64,000 nt of DNA from Mobula hypostoma. Its lineage: Eukaryota. The position numbers were made by a program, and so were the translations under genes. The stretch spans positions 77,130,001 through 77,194,000 of the forward strand of contig NC_086108.1 of NCBI RefSeq assembly GCF_963921235.1, given 5' to 3'. Positions 11,290 to 23,415 of this stretch are shown here, piece by piece. The notes beneath the pieces were generated by a model. The model ran no database searches and was not told the origin of the DNA. It saw only the letters and a list, made by a program, of their open reading frames with translations. The first letter of the stretch is position 1; each line of letters starts with the position of its first letter.

Positions 11290-11934
11290 ATGCACCTTTC
11301 TGAATGTGTGAGTTGCCATTAGCACAAAAGGAGAAGAAGTCAGGTCCCCTCCGTGAAACTGAAAGCAACAACAAACAGGACATGTCAAAGAATGCAACTG
11401 TCCTGGAGTGTGCAAGAGCAGCCAAACGTGTCCATGCTGTGAATTGTGTGCACCCAATAAACACAATGCCAGCGCTGCCAGACAGGGACAATGAGAATTA
11501 CAGGGCTACTGAGGAGTGGAGGGAGGGAATGAAGAAATGACTTGTGGCAGACCTAATCTGTTACACATCCTGTTCAGTCTTTAAATTAATGTTATCACAA
11601 TGCGTACAATATTATTGTCACTAATACCCTGATCTTTCATTGCTTTTATTTTAATGCACTCTTCCACATTCAATAGCCTTAACAGAAAATTCTGTTACAT
11701 ACATGGATAGAAAAATCCTTCCTATTGATTAATTTCATTTTAGTTGAAGTCTTAAGTGTAATTCCCTTTCTCTCTTACAATGAGGTCTGGCGATTACACT
11801 TAATGGTGTAATTGATGTTTGATCGTCACTGTCCACATGAGTTTTATTTCTGTCCCAATATTGATTGTTTCATCGTTTCTTTAGAATTAACTTATTGCTA
11901 ATTAGCAAAGTTAATCTAATCTATATTAATCTGT

Positions 11935-12308
11935 ATGCCTGAAAGGCTTGTCCTATGAGAAGTGTTTGATGGCTCTGGGCCTCTATTCACTGGAATTCAG
12001 AAGAATGAGGGGTGACCTCATTGAAACCTATCAAATATCGAGAGGCCTTGATAGAGTGGATGCAGAGCCTCAGAATAGAGGGATGTCCATTTAGGATGGA
12101 GATGAGGAGGAATTTTTTTAATCAGAAAGTGGTGAATCTGTGAAATTCATTGCCACAGGCAGCTGTGGAAGTCAAGTCATTGGGTATATTTAAGGCAAAG
12201 GTTGACTGGGCCTGAGAAGGAAAATGGATCAGCCATGATGAAATGGTGGAACAGACTCAAAGGGCCAAATGGCTTAATTCTGCTTCTGTATCTTATAGTC
12301 TTCTGGTA
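11935..12308 (+). mobile_element. CR1 LINE 3' fragment
   Basis: LGLYSLEFRRMRGDLIETY motif and CR1 3' tail. Confidence 0.85.
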
Positions 12309-12954
12309 TGTCAATCGATTTGTCCATCCATCCACTTATTACAGAGAGGATGATGTCTCCGTAACATATGTTGTATCAAGATGCAGGGACTTAGCTGAAA
12401 TGGAGATCTTGTGAATTTATTAATATAGTTACACAAGTTACTGGTTCTTGGTTCTTCCAAAGCTGTTCTAATTGAAGAAATCTCTGGCTATTTAGTACAA
12501 TTGACAGAGGCTTGAAAGAGATTCTCTGGAAGCTGGTAGGAAAGGGGAAGGGAGAGGGTGTTTATTGGGTTAGCAAGAAGAGGGTTGGTGTGTGACAGGT
12601 CAAAGAAACAGCCACAATCGTTGAAGTCACTGTGGAGTTAGAGTTCCCACCTGCTTCTCCTGACCTTACAGCTTTGAGTTTAGTATCAACATCATGTACC
12701 AACTTGTAAAGCAGGTTTGTCTCCTGTTCTCCTTGCATGATTGAATTTAGCAGAGGCAAATAAACCAGGATTAGGGCCACCATTTACATATTTCGCAAAC
12801 CTAATATAGGGAACTACCAAGGATACATGAAATGCTACCCACACCAGAATCTGACTGCATGGCCTGAGGATGTTGGTCCTTGGAATTCATGCAAGTACAT
12901 TAGGAACCAGAGTAATGTGAAATAGGAGCTTATTTTAAAAATCTTTGAAGAGTA

Positions 12955-12958
<4 letters not shown>

Positions 12959-12988
<30 letters not shown>
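12959..12988. repeat. (TG)n microsatellite
   Basis: Pure TG run. Confidence 0.95.
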
Positions 12989-12989
<1 letters not shown>

Positions 12990-13014
12990 CTGCGCTGGGG
13001 ATGGGGTGGTGGAA

Positions 13015-13612
13015 TCTAGCATTACAAGGATGTAATGTTGAGGTTTTATAAGGCACTGGTGAGGTCTCACTTGGAGTACTGTGAGCAGTATCGGGCCCCT
13101 TATCTAGACAATGGAGAGAGTTCAAAGGAGGTTTAAAGGGATTGAAAGTCTTACCATATGAAGAGCGTTTGATGGCTTTGGGCCTTTGCTCACTGGAATT
13201 CAGAAGAATGAGGGGTGACCTTATTGAAACCTGTTGAATGGAGAAAAGCCTCGATAAGGTGGTCGTGGAGAGGATGGGGAAGTCAAAGATCAGAGGACAC
13301 AGCCCAAGAGTAGAGGGATATCCATTTAGAATGGGAAATGAGAAGGAACTTATTTATCCAGAGAGTGGTGAATCTGTGGGATTTATTACCACAGGCAGCT
13401 GTGGAGGCCGTCTCATTAGGTATTCTAATGACTTGATACTAAGTCATTAAGTACAGTAATAGCAGAGGTTGATAGATTCTTGATTAATGTGAATGGGTAA
13501 GGAGAGAAGGCAGGAGATTGGGGCTGAAAGGGAAAAGGATCAGCCATGATGAAATGGTGGAGTAGATTTGATGAGCCAAATGGCCTAATTCTGCTCCTAT
13601 GTCTTATGGTCT
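13015..13612 (+). mobile_element. CR1 LINE 3' fragment
   Basis: LVRSHLEYC...EFRRMRGDLIET and tail GGCCTAATTCTGCTCCTATGTCTTATGGTCTT. Confidence 0.85.
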
Positions 13613-13613
13613 T

Positions 13614-14365
13614 AATTGAATTGAATTGAATTGACTTTATTACTTACATCCTTCATATATATGAGGAGTAAAAATCTTTATGTTACGTCTCTGTCTAATG
13701 TGCAATGTGCAATTTATAGTAATTTATAATAAATATTATGTACAACAGGACAATCAGTATAACATAGAAATACAGTTGTGTCAGCATGAATTAATTAGTC
13801 TGATGGCCTGGTGGAAGAAGCTGTCCCGGAGCCTGTTGGTCCTGGCTTTTATGCTGTGGTACCATTTCCTAGATGGTAGCAGCTGGGACAGTTTGTGGTT
13901 GGGGTGACTTGGGTCCCCAATCGTCCTTCAGGCCCTTTTCACACACCTGTCTTTGTAAATGTCTTGAATAGTGGGAAGTTCACATCTACAGATGCACTGG
14001 GCTGTCCACACCACTCTCTGCAGAGTCCTACAATTAAGGGAAGTACAGTTTCTATACCAGGCAGTGATGCAGCCGGTCAGGATGCTCTCAATTGTGCCCC
14101 TGTAGAAAGTTCTTAGGATTTTGGAGCCCATACTAAATTTCTTCAATCGTCTGAGGTGAAAGAGGCACTGTTGTGCTTTTTTCAGCACACAGCTGGTATG
14201 TACAGACCACGCAAGATCCTCGATGATGCTTATTCTGAGGAACTCAAAGCTGTTTTGAGTTCTCAACCCCAGATCCATTGATGTCAATAGGGGTTAGTCT
14301 GTCTCCATTCCTCCTGTAATCTACAACCAGCTCCTTTGTTTATGTGACGTTGAGGGAGAGGGTGT
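13614..14365 (-). mobile_element. Rex1/Babar LINE 3' fragment
   Basis: ORF 13928-14287 KKAQQCLFHLRRLKKF...FYRGTIESILTGCITAWY; (AATTG)n tail; same subfamily as 33250-34458. Confidence 0.9.
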
Positions 14366-14429
14366 TCCATATTGCTCCATATCTATAACACACTTTCAGG
14401 CTGTTCTTAAAATAGTGAAATGTTATGAC

Positions 14430-15132
14430 TGTAATCAAAGTCACCGGAGAGACACTAAGCTGGTGATATAGAAGTCTTTGTTCATCACAACTAGCAGTCA
14501 TTCTTCTGGAGACACTTGTGGTAGAGTCTCACAAACTCAAAAGTACATCACATGTTTCTACTCTTAAGATTAAAGGTAACAATTTCAATAGTTATAATGA
14601 CATAATTTACTTCAATATTTTGGTTGACAAAGCTTTCTTTGAGTTCCATTATCTACAGTAGGAGACAGCTCTAAGTGTTCAAATACCTCTGCTGGGACAA
14701 ACTAATTGACACAGATATTATAAAAACTTCTGAAGACAGAGATCCAGATGCCCAAGGTTAGTATCTGTGTGAGCTGACTCTCTGAGTACACAGTAGATTA
14801 GCTATTGATTGCAACTATACCTGTGACCATGTTAGATATGCTAAGTCACAGCATTCCTCTGGTCTGCTAGCTTGAGCTCAAGTCACAATGGTGCAAGTAA
14901 CATAGCCTTGGTACCTTCTTTAATGCTGGTAACCCCATTATCCTAACGTTTGACTGTTGCATATGCAACCTTCTCACGGCCACCGTTTTGCAAACCATAT
15001 CTCTTAGTCTGTGGTCCAGCCTGTGCTTTTAACTTCAATTTGCTGCTTGCAATTTACAATAAGAACTGAAAACGGGTTCTTGTTTGAATTAGTAGCTGCT
15101 ATATTCACATAACTCCAGATTACTCCCTGACA
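14430..15132 (-). mobile_element. Possible solo LTR
   Basis: TGT...ACA-bounded block with LTR-like composition; no clean TSD found. Confidence 0.35.
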
Positions 15133-16509
15133 GCTCAGAAAGGATGACAACTTTCATAATAGTTTGATTTGACTGGGCCTAGAGTGACAGTGAGGAAGTG
15201 ATTCATGGAAATCAAGCTATCATGATAAAGTTGGACTTTGAATGCCTGCCAAATGAAAACTCCCGAAAACTCCTTTTCAATGGTCTAATTCTGCTCCTAT
15301 ATCTTATGACACGTGAGCAATTTCATGATACACTAAAATGTCTGCAGACAGCTCCTGTGGCAGGGCTGAATGCTTTCTCAGTTTATGTAATGTAGTGGTG
15401 CAGGACTGCATCCGCCAAGTGTGTATTCACCATTGCGGAGGATGCAATGAGAGGCTAACAACAATGAAATGTTGCCCTGGATTTTGAAGAGTTGACCTGT
15501 CATCTAGTCTGTAGCATGCTCCAGCTTGGAGACACTTAGAGGGGTGTGCTAGGTTTCAAGACTTCATTTACCTACAAGAATCTGTTCGGGTCAATGTGAG
15601 TGACAAGTGAAGAAACATGAATGGCACATGCTGCCCTTTGCAAAACACTGGGCACCTCTACCCCACATCGCCCTCGCAACAATATCTGTCATGGAACATA
15701 ATAGAAACAGGGGTAGCCCACCCGGCCTCTCAAGCCTGCTTGACCATTCAATGTCATCATGACAGATCAGCTCTAGGCCTTATCTCCCTCTTCCATGCTA
15801 GTCCCCTACAAACACTCGATTTCCTGAGCTTTCAGAAAAATATCTTTTTTTCTTCTTTTAATAGCCCCAATGATACATTAATTCTCACCAACCTCAGTCT
15901 TAAATGATGCCATGCTCCCCCAATCTTGTACACACAAATCTGCTCACTGAAGATTCTCCCACTAATGGAAGTATCTTGACATCTTTCTAAGAGCCTCTCA
16001 CTTCATTCCCCCCTCCCCCACCCAGTTACCTTCCCCCTCACTAGGCTTCACCTATCACTTTTCTGCTTGTACTCTTTCCTCTCTCCCTGTCACAGGAATT
16101 AGTTCTAGCAGCACTTGGTGGGTTTTAAACCAATGACTATACCAATGAATATGAAAAACAACAAAGTAATATAACTGCAAATCCAACATAAAAACAGAAA
16201 AAAATTGGAGATACTCAGCAGGTCAGATTGTGTCTGCGGGAAAAGAGACAGAGATAATGTTTCAACAGGTAATGTCAGAACGGAGAAGGAGAGAAAAGAA
16301 ACTTGTTAAGCTGGTGGGGAGAGTGTCTCTGGGTAAAACGAAGGTGACCATGGAGATAAGTGAATGGGAGCAATTAGAGAGTGAGAACTTAAACAAAAGG
16401 ATATAGACAAACAAATGCAGGAGTTGTGAAATGCAGACTAGGCATACCTGGGCACATCTTCCACTCCTAAAAGATAAGAAATAAAGGAAAAAGCAGTAAA
16501 CATGAGGAT

Positions 16510-16725
16510 CTTTTCTCCTCTTCCTTTCCAGTCCTGCTGCAGGGTCTCGACCCGAAACGTCGACTGTTTACTCTTTTCAATAGATGCTGCCTGGCCTGAT
16601 GAATTCCTCCAGCATTTTGTGTGTTCTACTCTGGATCTCCAGCACCTGCAGATTTTCTCCTGTTTGAAATTCTGCAGAAGCTGGAAATCCAAAGTAATGC
16701 ACACAAAACACTGAAGGAATCCTGC
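16510..16725. mobile_element. Two Penelope terminal-repeat pieces in tail-to-tail orientation
   Basis: Plus copy with mutated hammerhead (CAGTCCTGCTGCAGGGTCTCGACCCGAAACGTCGACTG), followed by an inverted copy from ~16668. Confidence 0.75.
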
Positions 16726-16880
16726 AAAGTATTCACCCAATCTGTGTTTCATCTCTCAAGTACAGAGGAAGCCATATTATACACGAGAAAACCTTGGAAA
16801 CCTGAAGTGTAATTTCTCCTGCTCGACATCAGTGCATGCAAATTCCTGTTGGAGTTTGAACTTAATGTAAATTTCGATTT

Positions 16881-16899
16881 TGGCCACTAGATGGAGCTG
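16881..16899 (+). promoter_or_regulatory. CTCF-like motif
   Basis: TGGCCACTAGATGGAGCTG is a close match to the canonical CTCF motif TGGCCACCAGGGGGCGCTA. Confidence 0.5.
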
Positions 16900-17179
16900 T
16901 TGGTTTAGGAGTGAAATAAAGCATGCTGGAGATGCCCAGCAGTTCAGACAGCACTGATGATGGGAGAAACAGAACTAATGCTTCAGGTTGATTACCATGC
17001 ACATTTCTTGTTCCCACACAATTGCTCTTTGTTTTACTGGAAATAATACATAAAGGTTGTACTCCATTTTCTGTCAATAAGGCAGAGGTGATGTTGATGT
17101 GTCAGACGGGCACTGGACAAACATACTCAAGAAGTGCCTGATTCAACTGCCCAGAGGGTGGGGCCATCACCCAGACTTC

Positions 17180-17790
17180 TGTAATGCCCTGGTTCACATC
17201 CTTACTGTTACGCTGTAGGTATTTCATTTAGCAGCTCTGTAAGAGCAGTTTGTTCTGCTTTCAGCCTGTTTGGGTTACTGTTGAAGATAAAGGATGATGT
17301 GGAATGTGTGCCATCCAGTTAGCGGGAGGTTTTTCTTGGCGAGGGACAATAAGGTTGGTCTTGGGCTTGTGTTCAGCGGGAGATGGAGAGAGAAGACGCT
17401 GGGGAGAACCGGTTGTAGCATACGATCCGGCGGGAGATGGATTGCGAGCGAGGTTTGGTGTGTGCTTTCACACTGACCGAGGGCCCAGCGCATGAGTGAC
17501 TGAGAAGTTCAAGATGAGCTCCAACTTGTGCACATTTGACTGTTTCATTAGAATGGGCCCTTTTCTTTTTGTTATTCCTTACTAACCCTTCAGTTCCAAT
17601 TCATAAATATAATTCCTTTAATCATATGTCTGTCATTTCGTGGCACTAATTTGTAACAGGGTAGCAAATTACACCACATCCACACAAACTGGGGTTTGGG
17701 ATGGGGTGAGCTGTCTCTGTCTCCCGAGTCTGGCGGGACTTGAAAGTGTCTTCTCCAGGCTTACACAGCCAAGGAAACCAGGGCATTTCA
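17180..17790. mobile_element. Solo LTR (TG...CA, 4-bp TSD CTTC)
   Basis: CTTC|TGTAATGCCCTGGTT ... AACCAGGGCATTTCA|CTTC. Confidence 0.75.
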
Positions 17791-18348
17791 CTTCCAGTGG
17801 AAATAGTTGCTTTCACATTCAGTGCAATTTGCACACAGATAGAGGCACTAAGCTCTGTAGTTTTGAGATGTATTCCGTCTGTACTACCAGAGGTGAAAAA
17901 TATTATCTCAGGAAGGGATAATACATTGAATAATAAATAAGGCAATAAGTAAGACTGAAATATAGGAGAGCATTCCTCAGCCTTTCATATCCTTTCTGTT
18001 TGTTTGATCCTCAGACTAACCCAGGCCAGGTTACCATTTACCCTGGTACTACATACTGTTTCCAGAACTGCCCCCCCTCCAGAACTACATACTGTTTCCA
18101 GAACTGCTCCCCACCGCATTACCTGTGAACTGCCAGCATCTGACTCCCAAAGGGGGTAAAATAAGTCAAGATTGTTATCACCAAGCCAGTTCCTTCCGCT
18201 GCATTAACAACCATAGTTACTCAATCAGTTCAGTAACTCCTAGAGCTGCAAAATAATTTGGCAATAACATGGGCAGTTTAAAGTTTATATTAAATGATTT
18301 TATTTGAACACTACACTGCCAGGGCAAACCGGAGCAGACTGCTTAGTG

Positions 18349-18508
18349 CAAACAACAGGAATTCTGCAGATGCTGGAAATTCAAGCAACACACATCAAAG
18401 TTGCTGGTGAACGCAGCAGGCCAAGCAGCATCTATCTGACGAAGGGTCTCGGCCTGAAATGTCGACTGCGCCTCTTCCTATAGATGCTGCTTGGCCTGCT
18501 GCGTTCAC
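18349..18508. mobile_element. Fold-back Penelope terminal-repeat insertion, 14-bp TSD
   Basis: Minus arm 18349-18434, then plus arm starting at the hammerhead core; flanked by CAGACTGCTTAGTG at 18335-18348 and 18509-18522. Confidence 0.85.
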
Positions 18509-18520
18509 CAGACTGCTTAG

Positions 18521-18771
18521 TGTTATATCTTGTAACTCCGAAACATAAAAACTGATTGAAGGGAAAACACGGAGCTGGAAACAACTCACTTACGTTCTTG
18601 GTTTAAATTTTAGCGAGACGCACGCGTATGATCTGGTGGCATGATGACGTATGCCAATCATACACATTTACATATAACCCCTAATGAATTTTTAAAATGA
18701 ACAGGAATGCTTAATCAAGGAGTGTATTTACAATATTACTCAAATACTTCTGAAATATTAAATACACAACA
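18521..18771. mobile_element. Short solo LTR (TGTT...AACA, 5-bp TSD CTTAG)
   Basis: CTTAG|TGTTATATC ... ATACACAACA|CTTAG. Confidence 0.7.
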
Positions 18772-19544
18772 CTTAGGGACTGCGACGCTGTCTTCAGATT
18801 GGGAGACAGGCAGCAAGAGTCATGCTCTGCTGTATCACCAGGAAGGCAACACGTGAGTACACACAGAAAAGCCACAGACACTTTTGTGACATCAGGGACA
18901 CGTGGGACACGTGATGCACGAGGCAAGGTACACAAACCATAACCAATTTCAAGTCAGCCCAGCGCGTCAACGACAGCGACGTCTCCCTTCCTGAGAGACT
19001 GAATGCTTTCTGTGCACGATTTGACCGATTGAATGATGGGACACCAAGGAAACACACTCTCGTCCTGAGGAACAGGCACCCTGTTTGGCCACAGCTGAGG
19101 TGAGGAGGATCCAAGCCAAGGAAAAGGAATAGAAGGGTTAAATGGGTGAGATGGAGCATGGTTGCAAGTCCTCCCCAAACCTCTATCCCTGTTCATTTCC
19201 TTCTCCACCTAACTTTCCGTAAGGAATTGGATAAATACTTGAACAGGAAAACCTTTCGAGGGTGTGGTGTACAAATGGAGAATGGGGCTATTTTTCCCCC
19301 AAGCTGCCGCAATGAGGTGATGTTCTACAACATTCTGTGGTCCTGTAGTTCCATGAAACTTCCTTCCTTGGCCTAGCTGTAATTCATACACTGTACCTTC
19401 TTCGACTTGGTGTCACTTTTTGCTGTGCTACGTTCTTGCAAAGTGCCTTGGGAAATTTATTATGTTAAAGGTGCTGTATCAATTCATATTGCTATTGATT
19501 AAGGAGATACTTGCAATAAGATGGAGGTATAAAGGGGAATGATA

Positions 19545-19751
19545 GCTGGCCAGTGGTGTAGTGGTAGCCACACTGGACCTTGAGGCGAATGGTTTCAAGT
19601 TTGAATCCGGCAGGCTTCTTACATGCTTTCCATCCACGCTGGGTTGAGCATCATGCTAGCAACTCGGCCTCGTGAAAAAACCAGAGAAGTGCTAAAGAAA
19701 AGGCAAGATTGCTGCCCGATGCACTGCAAGGCTTGGAGAGGAACAACAGCA
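19545..19751 (+). mobile_element. tRNA-derived SINE with RTE-like tail
   Basis: Pol III A box TGGTGTAGTGG, B box GTTTGAATCC, (CAA)-like tail; 16-bp TSD ATAAAGGGGAATGA(T/G)A at 19529-19544 and 19752-19767. Confidence 0.8.
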
Positions 19752-20594
19752 ATAAAGGGGAATGAGAGCAAGGGGAGGAGTGGCCACCAAGACTGATAGG
19801 CAATGCCCCACCAGAACCTACAGACAGCAGTAGACTATCCTTTAGCCTTGAAGTGAAGAAAAGGCGAAAGCAGAACCAAAAGTAAAACAGGCTGTTGCAC
19901 AGAGAGGTGCACGGGAAGACACAAGCAGAAAAATGCAACCCAATGATATCAGCAATGTGTAAAAATATTACCGCAAGCGGTAAGGCTGAAGGGGGATTTA
20001 TTATGGATGAAGATACTAAGCAATATTGAACAAAATGTACTGAATTTGGAATGTGGGCATTGTGCAATGTATTGTGTGACTGTTGTACATAGCTTTCATA
20101 AATTGGCTTCCTTCAGTATAAACAGAATTAGTCAGTCAGGAATGAATCTTATTGGTTTATACAACCTCAGGAAACTCCAGTCCTACACTTTGCAGTAAAT
20201 TGTATTATTGGATCAATGTGACGCAAACTGCTATCATTTATTGATGGTATAACAAGAGACCAGGGACCTCAAATAATGGATCATATTTAAAATCATTCAT
20301 TATAAATAGTTTTCCATTATTTTTCTGAAACAAATTTACTTTCCCTTCTGAGTCGGGAAATAAACGTAATGCCAATTTCTCATCTGGTCACAGATATTAC
20401 TGGTGAAGTCACACCTGGAGTACCATGAACTATTTTGGTCCCCTTATTTAGAAAGAATATACTGGCATTACCAAGAGCCCAAAAGAGATTAATTGGGCCA
20501 AGTCTGGGATGAGAGTGTTGTCCTATCATGAGCAGCTAAAGTAATTAGATCTATTATTTTTTTGAGTGGTGATCTTATGGAAGCATGTAAAACC

Positions 20595-22010
20595 ATAAGA
20601 CATAAGGAGGAGAATCAGGCCTTTTTTTTGGCAATTATGTCCATCATGGTTGATTTATTATACTTCTCAACCCAATTCTCCTGCCTTCTCCCTGTAACCT
20701 TTAACACTCTTACTAATCAAGAATCTATCAACTTACACTTTAGATAAACTGTACTCAGTGACTCGACTCCACAATGAATTCCACAGATTCACACCCTCTG
20801 GTTAAAGAAATTCCTCCTCATCTCTATTCTAAATGGATGTCCCTCTATTCTGAAGCTATGTCCTATGGTTCTAGACTTACCCACATCCTCTTCACCTCCA
20901 CTCATCTCGGCCTTTGAATATTCAATAGATTTCTATTAGATTCACTCTCATTCTTCTAAACTCCAGCGAGAACAGGCCCAAAGCCATCAAATGCTCCCCA
21001 TAATTTAACCCTTTCATTCCCAGAATTATTGTTGTGAACCTCCTCTGGACTGTCTCCAATGCCTGTACACCTTTTCTTAGTGTTACGATTTCGTAATGTA
21101 CCAGCAGCAAGAAATGACAAACTGAATCAGGTTTTAATATTAAAACCACTATATTTATTTATATTTACTCAAAAATATAGAACATTAAATAAACTACTTC
21201 CTTAAACGGAAGTTAACAGTGTTATGCATCTTTACCTCCCAAACAGTCAAACTTAGAACCCGTTCTTAGCAAATCTTACTCAAGCACAATCTTAAAGTGG
21301 CAGTTCAGAGAGTCCCGGTAATTCACGAAATAGGTGAGAGGAGAGACTTATGGATTCACAGTGCAGCAACGAGGCAATCACAATGAATTCCAAAGATTCC
21401 ACGACTAGCGAACGAAGAAATGGTTACTGAAGATCCCAGCCGAGGAATACTGCTCCGAAGTCCACGAAGAGCCATTTCACAAAGACACTATCATGAAATA
21501 CACACCCATGGATTATACAAAGGACAGACACGTCTCCACAATGCACAGCGTGCCGCTGATTAACCCAACCCTTTGGGTTTGGGTAAGCATTAGACTTTAC
21601 CCTTCTCAATCGTGAGCTGTTCCCAGATAGCTCGAAGTGCAGTCTTCACTCTCTCTCTCTTTCCTTTGACTCCTTCTTTTATACCGTTGCCATATGTCAT
21701 AAGGTAGCGCTCACAGAAACAAAACTGTGGACTCCCAGGAAAACAAAACCGTGGACACATAACATCAGATAAGGGGCTCAAAACTGCTCACAATACTCCA
21801 AGTGTGTTCTGACCTATACCTTATAAAGCTTCAGCATTACGTACTTGCTTTTATATTCTAGTCCCCTCAAAATGAATGCTAACATTGCATTTGCCTTCCT
21901 TACCACTGACTCAACCTGCAAGTTAACCTTTGGGAATCCTGCACAAAGGACTCCCAAGTCCCTTTGCGGCTCTTATTTTTGATTTTTCTCAAGTGATTCA
22001 CTTTAGAAAA
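20595..22010 (-). mobile_element. CR1 LINE 3' fragment interrupted by a solo LTR
   Basis: ORF 20922-21149 ALETVQRRFT...LGLFSLEFRRMR; resumes after 21764. Confidence 0.85.
21081..21764 (-). mobile_element. Solo LTR inserted in CR1
   Basis: TTAG|TGTTA...TAACA|TCAG (4-bp TSD, one mismatch); CR1 sequence is contiguous across it. Confidence 0.75.
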
Positions 22011-22272
22011 TCAGACTTGAAAGAAGAATATAAGGTTAATGGCAGAATTCTTATCAGTGTGGAGGAACAGGGATCTTGGGGCCCAAATCCATAAAGTCAC
22101 CACACAAGTTGATAGAGTGGTTAAGAGGGCTGAGTAACACTGAACCACACAGAAGCTGCAACTGGGAAATATTTTATCCACACAACAAAGCGTCAGGAGA
22201 GAGTGAGAGACCAAGAGGACCCAGGAGAATCTCACTCTCTTGACACAATGTTATAGACTTCTTCAATACAAA

Positions 22273-22525
22273 CTACTACTACTACTACATCGACTCAGGC
22301 CTAGGGGGCCGGCGTCGGGCACGATGACGGACTCTCCACTTCTCCGTCTCCCTCTTCAGTGTGTTCAGTTCAACTACATTAGCCACATCGCTGTCTTCTA
22401 GGAGCGTGTTGACCATAGTCTTGGGAGGGTGCCCAGAGTTCATCCTCCCGTGCTTGGGCTCCCATATGATGACTGGGCTGGCAGGTAGCTCGGGGTGGCA
22501 TAGGCAGTGCCCCGCTAGTTGCAGT
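22273..22525 (-). mobile_element. RTE-clade LINE 3' end with (TAG)n tail
   Basis: Open frame RLQLAGHCLCHPELPASPVIIWEPKHGRMNSGHPPKTMVNTLLED...W...PESM*; 12-bp TSD CTTCAA(T/C)ACAAA at 22261-22272 and 22526-22537. Confidence 0.8.
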
Positions 22526-23019
22526 CTTCAACACAAAGATAACAATAAACAATTAACTACATTTTAATTGCTCTAAGCACCTACCTAACTTTAACATTTT
22601 GTGCATAGCCAGGTAAATTTACAGAATTACGTATCTACAATGGCAGAACATCCCAACTAGCAGAACCTCTTTGAATATTCAATACTGGTGTCTGTTCCAA
22701 AAGCCTCTTAAATACAAAACTCCAGACATTTAAAATAAGCTGTCTTTGTTACAGTGTTGAGGGATGGCACCATGAATATACAACTAATCAGAAGATTGTG
22801 ACAAAATAGATCTGAGCTGAACTGTTGAACTGTTAATAGTAAGGGATTCACCTTTAACAATGTGCTAATAGCAGGAAAAATATCTATTGTCTTTCCTTAT
22901 GTAGGTTTAATGGGAAATAATCAGAGTACTCCTTTAAATTGTGTACAGGTTTTATTTTCTAAAGACTGGTTCTCATTAAAGATAATCCATAATTACGCCA
23001 TCAATCATGCCATAGCTCC

Positions 23020-23250
23020 AACATATGGTGTGCTGCCATTCATTGATCAGGGGATTGAGTTCAAGAGGCATGAGGTACTGTTGCAGCTCTATATAACTGT
23101 GGTTAGACCACACTAGTAGTACTGGGTTCATTTCTGGTCACCTCATTGTAGGAAGGATATGGAAACTTTAGAGATGATGCAGAAGATATTCACCAGGATG
23201 CTGCCTGGATTAGAGAATAAATTTTATTAGGAAAGATTGAGTAAGCTAGG
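23020..23250 (+). mobile_element. CR1 LINE fragment
   Basis: YGVLPFIDQGIEFKRHEVLLQLYITVVRPH. Confidence 0.8.
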
Positions 23251-23415
23251 ACTTCGGGTAGTGCAGCGGCCTCTTGGGGGCCAAACAAAGGTGCTTTTGT
23301 CTTTTTTAAAGCATCTTTTTTACAATCGCAGCACAACGCTGGACACTAAGAACTGCAAATACTGCAGGCCCACCCCATCAGTGAGCTGGAGAAGCCTGAC
23401 GGTGCGGATGTTGTT

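Noticed and set aside
18048..18110. Short direct repeats resembling a repeat-spacer array
   Set aside because: Only two copies of a ~25-bp unit: a simple local tandem duplication, not CRISPR-like. Similar small duplications occur near 2390 and 63095.
19545..19620. tRNA gene
   Set aside because: A and B boxes are present but there is no intact cloverleaf; followed by a SINE body and flanked by a TSD.
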